A DNA stretch of 16,170 bases, from the NCBI GenBank assembly GCA_000388065.2, contig KB932208.1, one strand, 5' to 3'. The stretch is from Fonticula alba ATCC 38817. Lineage: Eukaryota; Protista; Nucleariida. The notes under the pieces were generated by a model. That model made no database searches. It was not told the DNA's origin and worked only from the letters and a program-made list of their open reading frames with translations. Shown piece by piece: positions 1-9,134 of the stretch. Position numbers and translations under genes: made by a program. Within the stretch, counting starts at the first letter, position 1. Each line of letters starts with the position of its first letter.

Positions 1-154
1 GCTCCCCGTCGCTGCCCCCCCCCCCCCCCCCCCCTTCAGGCGCATGGCGCGGCCCCTTGCGCGGCTCCTTGCCAGCCGGAGCGCTGATGCTCTCGGGGGC
101 CCCTTCCTTCCTCCGCCCCCCCCCCACCCCCCCCCACCCCCTTCGCGGCGGCAG

Positions 155-3100
155 TCGCTCCAACAAGGATGCCCTCTTCCAAGCCGGCGACCGTGTGCTG
201 GTCGTCAGCCTCATGGGAATGATGACCCACGCGGCGCAGATCACCCACATGCAGGAGCTCGTGCACGCGTGGCATCCGGGCTTCGTCACCCGGGCGGAAG
301 AGGAGCTCGTGCCGGCGGCCCTGCGCATTCATCTGAACACCATCCAATCGCCCGGCCAGGGGGCCGGCTCGCCGGCCACCTCGCCCACGGCCCTGCTGGC
401 TCGTCTTCTGGGGAAGTTCTCCCCGGACTACATTCTGTCGGTCATCCGGTCGGAGTTCTTTCGCGACCGGATGTTCGAAACCCTCTGGACCATGCAGGCC
501 CTCAACGAGTCGGCTCTCAGCTTCTACATTGGTCGGCTTTCGGAAATTGCCTCCGAGAACCGGTGCGTTGCTCGGCCGCCGTCTCTTCCCTTCTGTCTGT
601 CTGTCTGCCTGTCTGCCGATCGGTCTGCCTGTCTGCCGATCGGTCTGCCTGTCTGCCGATCGGTCTGCCTGTCTGCCGATCGGTCTGCCTGTCCTTCTCT
701 GCGCCTTCTCCTCCCTCTCTTGGGCATTGGTCCAAGTGCTTTACCGCCTCGTTGGCCATGCGCGCACTCGCTGACCCGCCGTCTTGGGCCGCGCCCCCTC
801 CCTTCCCGCCCGTCCATCGCCCGCACCCTAGTCTACTCTCCTCGGTGTCCTTCGGCCCGGGGTCGCCGCTGCAATCCAGCAGCGGGTGCGTGGTCCAGCT
901 GCGCGAGGCGGTCGGCGCCTTGCCGGAGGTGGCCATCCCGCTGGAGCAATGCATCGCCACCGAGGCGGCCCTCCCCGTGCTGCTGGTGGCTCAAATCCTC
1001 GGGGCCACGGACTTCCTGATGGAGATCACGGACAATCTGGGCGCCGGGGCCGGGGCCGCGTCTGCCCCGGGCGAGGCTTTCCTGCTGGCGCCCACTGCGG
1101 CTCCGGCTGCGGCCACAAGCCGCTCACGTGCCGCCACGGTCACCGAGGGTGGTCCCCCGATCCCGGCGGAGCTCGCCCCGGCGGCATCCGAGCCTGGTCC
1201 TTCCCCGGCGGAGGAGTCCCTCCTGGCGAAGGAGCTCTCCTCGCTCCCCTCGTCCTTGGGCCTGGACCTGCTGTTCGATGCGCCCTCCAAGGGGGGCGCC
1301 TCCTCCGGTGCCCGGGCGCCCGGGCGCCATTCGGCCACTTCCGTTCTGTCCCTCGATCCGACCGCCGGTGCGTGCCGGTGTCTCTCCCCGGGCCCTGCTT
1401 TTTTCCCTCCCGCCCGAGGCCCGGATCAGCCAAGGCGTCCACCACCCCCTTCACGGCCAGGCCAGTGTGGGCATTGGTGTGCTGTGTCTTTTTCCTCTTC
1501 CCTGGCATTTCCTACCTGTCCCATCTGACATGGTCTCCCTGCTCTCGCGCTCCCCCCCCCCCTCTGTGCCCCTACTGCGCATCTCTCTCTCTCTCTCTCT
1601 CTCCCGCATTTCTTCTTCTTCGCCTGTCTCCCCCCCTTTGGCCAGACTCGGTGGCGGAAATCCCGGTTCCTGTGCGGCGAAAGAAGAAGAAGAAGAGCCG
1701 CGATGAGGCCTCACCTCGGCAGCCCTCGGCCCGGGCGTCCCGGCGGTCATCGATCACCTCGTCCGAACCCAGCGGCAGCAGCGGCGGCCTGGACACGCCA
1801 TACATTGCCACCCCCCCGTCGGCGCCGGAGGATGCGGTCAGTGCGGCTCTCACACCGGCGCCGATCATCAACATTGACACAGGGTCCATGGATGGGCCGG
1901 TTCGGGTGTCCAAGAAGGCCACCACAGCCAGGGTTGATGGCGATGTCGCGGCGGCGGCGGTTGCCATCCCCCGGCAGCGGACCAAGTCCCGGACCAAAGC
2001 GCCACCGGCACCACCCGAGTTGCCGGACTCGCCGGTGCTGGTGACCGCGGACCCACCGACGGCGCCGGTGGCATCGCAGTGCCCAGCCGACGAGCCGGCT
2101 TCCCCAGTTGGCAGCGGCAGTAGCAGCAACAGCGGCGGCGGCGGCGGCGGCGGCAAGGATGCCGGCATGCCGGTCGGCCCACATGACTCCTTCACGGAGA
2201 TCTCGGACTTCTCCACACCCGACTGCAGCCTCCCCTCGAGCCCGGGGCTCCCGGCGACCGAGGTGGGTGCCGCTGGCTCGGACTCGGGCCCGGGCCCGGG
2301 CCCGGCGGTCTTGCCGGTGCCGGTTGTCGAGGTGACCGACTGGCAAGCTGGCCATCCGGCGGCTGGCCGGGACAAAAAGCCCCCCTCGAAGGATGCCTCG
2401 CGCGGCGGCAAGACGACCCGGATAAAGTCCACCTCCCGGCGGGGGTCCGTGAGCGGCCCCCCGCCGGCGGACGTCCAGCCGGAGTGCGGTGCCGCCACGC
2501 GGGCGAGCGAGTCCGCCGGCCTCCTGTCGCCGGAGGGAGGGGACCTCCTGGCGGTGGACATGCCGCCGGTGGTTCGCGTGGGATCCGGCTTCGTGGACCC
2601 GCCTGATCCCTTCTCCCGGTTATCGGTGGCGGCTCCGCGCGACTCGACCCTTTCCTTCCCCGATGCCCTGGACCTCTCGTCGCCGGAGCTGCTGGACGCC
2701 GAGTACCTGGCCGAGGGGCAGGCGGCCAGCGCGCGGTCCTCCAGCTCGGGCTCCTCGAATCGGGCGTCGTCGGTGACCACGGCCGCGGTCCTGCTATCCT
2801 GGGCCGACACCCGGAAGGGGGAGGAGCCTGCCTCGGGCCCGGGGCCGACGGAGGCCGAGGCGCCCGCCTCCGACTGGGACATCCTGGCACCGGACACCTT
2901 CGCCACCAAGCACTTCATCACCATGCCGGAGTACATCCACCACCAGGTGGCCGATCCGTTCCTGCGGGAGTTCCAATTCTCCGAGCCCTTCATGGCCCTA
3001 TTTTTCGATGACGGCCTGGTCCGCGAGGAGGTCCGGTACCTGCCGTTGCTGTACTCCGACGCGCCGATCTTCGCCCTGGACCAGGTGGCCGGGCGGAGCC

Positions 3101-4958
3101 CCGAGGACTTTGCCATCCTGCTGCAGTCGGAGCCGAGCGTCATCCGCCGGCAGGCGCCCATCAACTCCCCGGACAGCGGTCTGCTCCTGTCGACCCTCAA
3201 GTCGGCCGTGTGGCTGGGCTCGCGAACCAGCGAGCTCGTGGCCAATGCCACCAGCCTCCCCTGGCATCCGGGCAAGTACATGGCCCGGCAAATTGGGCAG
3301 TTTTGTGCGTTTGGCGCTTGCCCCGCCCTCGGCCCTGCCCGATGGTCTCCCTTCTTTTGCGCCCCTTCCCCCGGCCTCCGGGCGCCGTGGAGTCTGGCCG
3401 CCCGTCCGCTGGCCCATGCCGGTCGCGGCCCCACTGACATCTCCCCCCCCCCCCCCCCCCCCGCCCCTGGCATTCGGTCCCTGCCACAGATGAACAGTCC
3501 CCCTTCCAGGATCGCACGTCCCCCACCACTCTCATCTCGGACTTCCACAAGCTTGTGACCCATCTGAATGAGGCCTACATGCGGGACACGGTGGTCACCG
3601 ACCTGACGCCGGATGGCACCCTCCGGACTTACAAGGTGCGCCTTTTCTCTTTCGGGCCCCACCCCCCTTGCCTCTCTGCCATCGGGGTCGCTGGCCTGGC
3701 TATGGCCGCTGCTGCGGGTCCGGTGCTCTCACACACACTCCTCCTCCTCCTCCTCCTCCTCCTCCTCCTCTTCCGGGCATGTGTGTGCGTGCGTGCGCGT
3801 GCGTGCGTGTTGCCCGGCCCAATCCCGGCCCGCGTGCAGCACATCGGCTCGGGCATCTCCGCGCCGGCCCCCCAGAAGGAGGAGCCGCTGATGGCCTGCT
3901 TCTTCTGTTCACACCCCATCAGCACCAATCCGCCGCTGGAGTCGACCCTGCGCACGGCCTTCGCTCGGAAGCTGGTCTCCTCGGCCAATCGCCTGCGGGA
4001 CACCCTGCTGCAGGCCGATGCCGATGGGGCGGATGGGGCCATCCAGCCGGCCTTCGCCCCGGTGAAGGCGCACTACTGTCACTTTTCGGAAAAGTGGATC
4101 TGCGGCGGGTGCCTCTCGCCGTCCAGCTTCCCGATCCCGGCGCGCGTGGTCAACCGCCACGATGTCACCCCGCAAACGGTGTCCCTGATTGCGGCGGCGG
4201 TGCTGGCCTTTGGCTGGCACCTGCCGGTGTTGGCGCTGACCGGCGACTCGGCGGATGCTGCCCCGGCGGCCGGCGACCGGCGGCCCTCGCGCGTGGATCA
4301 GGCCCTCCTGCTGACGCGGCGTCTGATGGCCAGTGTCCAGCGGACCATGAACGGCATCATGCTCAATCGCCAGTGCGTCTTTGGCCCGGTGCAGCAGGTG
4401 ATCGGGAAGCGCGTGCAGGCGCCGATGCCGGTCTTCCGCCGGGCGATGGACGATGTCGACGGGGGGCCCCTCGCGGGGGGGCATCCGGCCGACATGGAGC
4501 CCGAGGCCGACGGGCCGGCCTTTGGCCAGCTGGTGGATCCGGCTCGGCTGCCGGAGGCCGCGCGCCCGGGAACCGGGCAGGGGGCCGTCTTCGCCGCGGC
4601 CGCCGGTCCGCGGTACCTGCTGTCGCTGGCGGAGTTCGTGTACATCATCCGCGACCAGGCCCCCCCGCCGGCGCTGGTGGCCCACGTCAACCAGGTTGCC
4701 CAGCATGTTCGGTCATGCAGCACGTGCACCGAGCGCCAGGGGTCCTTCTGTTTGAAGCCCGGGTGCCCATGGCCGCGGGGGATCCTCTTCCACTTCGATG
4801 CCACGGATTTGGTGACCGTTTGCCCGCGCTGCCGGAGCTGCTACCATGCCCGGTGCATCGGCCCGTCGGCCCTCGAGTCGTGTGTCATCTGTGCCCGGCG
4901 GCGAAAGGCCGCCACCTCTGTGGCTGCCCCGCCCTCCTCCCCGGGGGGCAGCGCATGA
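155..4958 (+). CDS. RUN-domain and Rubicon-homology (RH / DUF4206 / zf-RING_9) protein, PLEKHM1/Rubicon/DEF8 family; 5'-partial, spliced
   Basis: Proposed exons 155-562, 832-1367, 1646-3304, 3490-3635, 3840-4958 (TGA). All introns are GT-AG and phase-consistent, giving about 1288 aa in the window. RUN-like helices: LWTMQALNESALSFYIGRL and LPVLLVAQILGATDFLMEI. The C-terminus follows the RH pattern: CFFC; AHYCHFSEKWICGGC..FPIPARVVNRHDVT; YLLSLAEF; HVRSCSTC..GSFC; ILFHFD; CPRCRSCYHARC; CVIC. The exon 3 donor could alternatively be GC at 3272, and the first acceptor could be 39 instead of 154. Confidence 0.85.
605..693 (+). repeat. Intronic minisatellite, 20-bp unit CTGCCTGTCTGCCGATCGGT x about 4.5
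   Basis: Identical units start at 605, 625, 645 and 665, plus a partial unit at 685; lies in intron 563-831. Confidence 0.95.
1581..1602 (+). repeat. (CT)n microsatellite in intron 1368-1645
   Basis: Direct read of the tctctc run upstream of the acceptor at 1645. Confidence 0.9.
3738..3770 (+). repeat. (CTC)n microsatellite in intron 3636-3839
   Basis: About 11 CTC units read directly. Confidence 0.9.
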
Positions 4959-5065
4959 GCCGTGTCCTGCCACCCGCGCCCGGGCCGCCCCCCAATGCAC
5001 GCTCCATGCTTTCTCTGCCTGCCGCCCTGCCATTGTTTCTTTGGGTCTTTTTTTTCCGGCTCTGT

Positions 5066-5069
<4 letters not shown>

Positions 5070-5118
<49 letters not shown>
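5070..5118 (+). repeat. (GT)n microsatellite, about 24 units, downstream of the gene 1 stop
   Basis: Uninterrupted alternating GT run. Confidence 0.95.
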
Positions 5119-5119
<1 letters not shown>

Positions 5120-5427
5120 ATGTCTCCCGCGGGCGCGCGCGTGCGGGGCCCGGGTGTTTGAGCAGGGGTGGGCCGCGCTTTTGCCGGTGCTTGCCTGCCG
5201 CGGCGGCAGGACACAGGTAATGCCGCGTGCCTTTTTTTTTTTGCTTCCCCGGTGGGTCATCTTGTGTGAGACCTGTCCGAGCGCAGTTGGGCACGCCCTG
5301 TCTGCGGCCAGTGTGGTCGCCCCCGCTTGCCATGCACATCATGGAGTTCCGCCCCCTCCCCCCCCCCCCGGCCCCTGGCCAAAGCACAGGCACCACACTA
5401 CCATCATATTCAGGACTCTGTGTATAA

Positions 5428-5433
5428 TTTATT
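5428..5433 (-). promoter_or_regulatory. Candidate polyadenylation signal (AATAAA) of the FKBP gene
   Basis: TTTATT on the + strand, about 245 nt downstream of the TAA at 5679, in a short AT-rich island within GC-rich DNA. Confidence 0.5.
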
Positions 5434-5678
5434 AGGGGACCCAATCACATATGCCACTCGCCGGCTGTTCTCGGTCTCTCGCGCCCGGCAGGGAAGAAGG
5501 CATGCGAAAGAGAGAGAGGAAGAGAAAGAGAGGGCCGCCACGACACGAGGGAGGGCCCACGTCGCTTGGGGGGAGCGACACGGAAGGGCACTGCGCCGCA
5601 TGCGCGAGGGCACGCCCCCAGAGGAGGGGGCGGGGGGAAAGAGAGTGGGCCATGGGAATGAGCATGCGCGGCGGGCGC

Positions 5679-7918
5679 TTACTTGGAGCTCAGGAGGACA
5701 ACCTCGAACTTGAGCTTGGCGTTGCGGGGGAATGTCAGGCGGGGCACCGGCGGCACCGTAGGCGAGCGGGGCGGGGATGGTCAGCATCCGGCGACCACCG
5801 GGGCGCATGCCCTCGACACCGAGGTCCCAGCCGCGGATGACCTCGCCGGCACCGAGGCGGAAGGAGAAGGGCCGGCCACGGGGGAGGTTCGAGTCGAAGA
5901 CCTTGTTGTTGCTGGCCAGACGCCCGGTATAGCGGACGGTGACGTTCTGCCCGCGGGTGGCAGGCTTGCCGGAGCCGACCTCGACATCCTCGACGATGAG
6001 GCCATTGCCGAAGGTCTTGACCATGGGCTTGGGGGCAGCCTCCTTCTTGGCGGCGGCCTCCTTGGCAGCGGCCTCCTTCTTGGCAGCGGCCTCCTTCTTG
6101 GCGGCGGCCTCCTTCTTGGCGGCGGCCTCCTTGGCAGCGGCGGCAGCGGCCTCCTTCTTGGCGGCGGCCTCCTTGGCGGCGGCGGCGGCCTCCTTCTTCT
6201 TGGCGGCAAAGTCCTCGACCTTGGAGCGCTTCTTGGCGTTGGTCTGGGCGCAGGCGGCAACGGGGAGGGGGGTGTGCGTGCGTGCGTGCGTGTGTGTGTG
6301 GGGGGGGGAGAATACAGGAGGGCGGTAAGTCACAAGGCCGGGTTGCAGGCAGAGCGCGGGGTGATCCGCGCGCGCGGGAGGAGACCCCCGACGACGGTGG
6401 CGGCGCGGCGGGGGCAAGGACGCACGGTCTGCTCCTCGTCATCGCTGTCCTCCTGGCGGCGCTTCAGGGCGCTGGTCAGGGCGTTGTAGAGCTGCTGCTT
6501 CTGCTCGGGAGTCAGGACGTCATCATCGTCATCGTCCTCGTCGTCCTCGTCGTCGGAGTCCATGTCGACCGGGTTGCCTGGAGGGGGGGGGGGGGGGGGA
6601 AGCAGAAGACGGGAGACGAGATTACAAGGTCTACGGGGTGCAGGGGGGGGGGGGGGGGGGGCATGGCATGGTGTCAGAGTTGTGTACGCGAAGAAGATGA
6701 AGGGAGGATGCAGGGGGCGAGGGTAACACCGCGGGTGCTCTGCTGTGGGCGCACCGTCCTCGTCGACCTCAACGATGCGGCCTGACACACACGAAGATGG
6801 TGCAACAGATGGATGGGCATGGGATGATGTCAGCAATGGAGTGGCCAAGGTACACTCGCGTGGTGGCAAGTGATGGCTCGCATAAGAGGGGGGGGGGGAG
6901 GAGAGGGCCAAGCATGGGCGCACCGTCATCATCCGAGTCATCATCATCGGAGTCCTCGCTGCGGACAGGGGCGGCGGCGACAGGGGGGAGGAGAAGGGAG
7001 GCAGGGGGTGTCAGCAGCAGAGCGGCGAGGCGGGGAGGGGTGCGCGTGCACGCGCAGCAAGAGGCCCCCACCCCCCGGGGCGACAAGCAAGCAGGGTGCG
7101 CGTTACATCTCGTGCGAGGAGGCCAGGAAAGGGGAGGGGACGAGCGGAGGGGGAGAGGAGTCATACTCATCGTCAACGATGAAGCCGTCATCGTCCGAGT
7201 CGCCGGAGTCGTCGTCGCTGTCGAGCAGCTCGGCATCATCGCTGTCGGCGTACTCATCGAGATCGTCGATGGGGCCGAGCTCCTCGTCGGGGACGAAGTA
7301 GCCGGTCAGGTGGACAGCGCTGGGAGTTGGTACGCGCGGGGGGGGGGGGGGNNNNNNNNNNNNNNNNNNNNNNNNNNNNNNNNNNNNNNNNNNNNNNNNN
7401 NNNNNNNNNNNNNNNNNNNNNNNNNNNNNNNNNNNNNNNNNNNNNNNNNNNNNGGGGGGGGGGGGGGGGGGGGGAGAGAGAGGGCCGGTCAGCACCGGCA
7501 AAGCATGCAAGCCCCGCGAGGGATGTAGGCGGGGGAGACGACGGAGCACGCGCGCATGCAGGGAGGAGCGACATACCTGGCCCGGGCGGAGGTGGCAGAT
7601 GACATACTCGCAGTTGTCAACGAAGACGGAGACGGTGCTGCGCTCGCAGGAGGCGTTGATCTTGGCGCCGAGGGCGGCCTGGAGAGCACATGGCGCGACG
7701 ACGGGCTCTGGGGGGTCAGCACATGGGCGGCGGGCGGTGGGGCGAAGGGAAAGGGGCAGAGTCCGGAGGGGTCGCGGCGCGAGGTGACGGACCATGGTCA
7801 CACGGAAGGTCTCAGTGACCAGGTTGTTGTAGAGCTTGCCGGGCTCGAGCACGACGCCCCAGAAGGTCTGGATGGCGGGGCCGGCGTTGGCCAGGGACAT
7901 GGTCTCCTCGTCAAGCAT
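5679..7918 (-). CDS. FPR3: Nucleoplasmin-like domain FKBP peptidyl-prolyl isomerase / histone chaperone (Fpr3/Fpr4/FKBP53 type), spliced, apparent frameshift
   Basis: Exons 7918-7793, 7678-7577, one exon inferred in the N gap, 7319-7167, 6958-6924, 6781-6755, 6577-6426, 6243-5679. NPL motifs FWGVVLEPGK, STVSVFVD..VICHL and VHLTGY, then Asp/Glu tracts, a Lys/Ala-rich linker and an FKBP domain (VTVRYTGRL..VFDSN..PFSFRLGAGEVIRGWDLGVEGM..GGRRMLTIPAPLAYG). The ending DIPRNAKLKFEVVLLSSK* needs one C removed from the run at 5726-5730. Confidence 0.92.
6037..6200 (-). repeat. Coding tandem repeat (15-18 nt units) encoding (K)KEAAA in the FKBP linker
   Basis: Repeated gcggcctccttcttggc on +; translation KKKEAAAAAKEAAAKKEAAAAAAKEAAAKKEAAAKKEAAAKKEAAAKEAAAKKEAAPK. 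Confidence 0.92.
7352..7453. other. Assembly gap (N run) inside the FKBP gene
   Basis: N run flanked by poly-G on both sides. Confidence 0.98.
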
Positions 7919-9134
7919 GGTGTCTGATCGGGGGAGGGGACCGGGAGGGACCGGGGAGGCGGCGTGTCAGAGCAGGGGAGGGGGCGAGGAGCAGGGAGCG
8001 ATGGGCGGAAGGGGGACCACGCGGCGGCCGGGGAAGGGGGGCATACAGCAAAAGGGGGGGGGGGGGTAGGCAAATCAGTCACACAGGGAGGGAGGCGAAT
8101 CTGCTGGACGCGGCTGTGTTTCAGTCTCCTCTACACCGGAGGCCTTTTATATTCGTTCGTGTGTGCCTTTGCAGGGGGGGGGGAGGGGGGGGCGGCGAGA
8201 CCGGGGGCAGGGCCACGCGTGCGCGCAGCCGGGCAGCAGGGAATAAAAAGAAGAGCGGCGAAGGAACGGAACCCTGATGCAACCATGCGCCGCCCGACCG
8301 GAGGACCGGGGGGGGGGGGGGGCTTGCTCCGGGAGATCCGCGTGCGCGCGCGCGCGGGAGCGGGCGTAGTTGTGCGGTCCCGCGCGGGCTGCCACGAGGG
8401 CCCCGTCCCCCCGCCCCGCGCCCCCCCCCCTCCCGCCCGCGCTCTCCCCTCCCTCCGGGCGCCGCCCTTGTTCCGGCCGAGGCAAATATGGCGGGCAGCC
8501 GCCACACACTGTGCCCGGGCTGTTGCTTTTGCCGGAGGGGCGGGACGACGCCCAGGGGCGCGCAGTCGTGAACCGGGGCGCGCGCGCGCGCGCGGCCGCA
8601 CCTCCGGCCCGGTGCCCCCCCCCAATCGCCCCCTGCCCGCCGCCGGCTGGGAACGTCCCAACTGTCCGAGAACATGCCCGAAGGGCCAGACCATGGGAAC
8701 AGGTCAGCCGCGTGTCGCGTGACCACGCCGCCCCATCGGGACGATCGGCACCCCGGGCCGCCCCCGCCCGGTGCCGCCAGTCTGCGTTCATCGCGCGGTG
8801 CCCCCCCCCCCCCCCCCCCCCGCCCAAGCACCGCCGGGAGCCCCCCCCCCCCCCCCCCCCCCCCGAGGGAGGGGAGAGTTCCCCGCCCCTCCGCCCGGGC
8901 CCCGGGCCCCGGCCCGGCTGATCGCCCTTCCCACCGCCCTTGCTCTTTCGGGCGCGTGTGCGGGAAGACGGGCACACACGCATACGCACACGCACACGCA
9001 CAGGCATATCCACCTGGATGCGCTCTCTCTCCCACCTCGCCCCCTGTGTCCGCCCCCTCGCCCCGCCACCGCTGGTCTGTCCACCCTTGCCGCATCTTTC
9101 CTGCCGGTGCTCCGAGCACGCTCTCGTTTGACGG

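Noticed and set aside
36-154. TTCAG at 35-39 and ATG at 44 as the gene 1 acceptor or start
   Set aside because: The ATG is out of frame with the RUN-like exon, and a branch-like CTGAT plus poly-C tract leads to a better acceptor at 154.
605-693. 20-bp and 32-bp (15561-15782) repeats as CRISPR arrays
   Set aside because: Head-to-tail tandem units with no unique spacers, inside eukaryotic introns, and no cas genes.
44-1528. ORFs 44-1528, 57-1019 and 886-3558 as separate proteins
   Set aside because: Each is part of one spliced gene read through introns; the SVCLSADRSACLP repeats are translated minisatellite.
1572-3662. 696-aa antisense ORF, and similar shadows at 5683-6489, 10393-11994 and 13790-15073
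   Set aside because: They mirror recognisable genes on the other strand, show no motifs, and long stop-free frames are expected at this GC content.
4959-5678. ORFs with VCVCVC or THTHTH repeats
   Set aside because: Translations of the (GT)n microsatellite and convergent 3' UTR sequence.
5677-5682. GTAAGC donor overlapping the FKBP stop codon (- strand)
   Set aside because: No convincing downstream coding exon, the FKBP fold is already complete at TAA, and it would be the only +4A donor in the window. A 3' intron is not fully excluded.
8145-8151. TATAAAA on the - strand as the FKBP TATA box
   Set aside because: It may lie inside a 5' UTR exon given upstream acceptor-like sequence and the skew switch further upstream; not decidable without TSS data.
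8270-8760. Possible snRNA, snoRNA or tRNA in the divergent intergenic region
   Set aside because: No Sm site, convincing C/D or H/ACA box pairs, or cloverleaf seen by eye; an Infernal/Rfam scan would be needed to exclude it.
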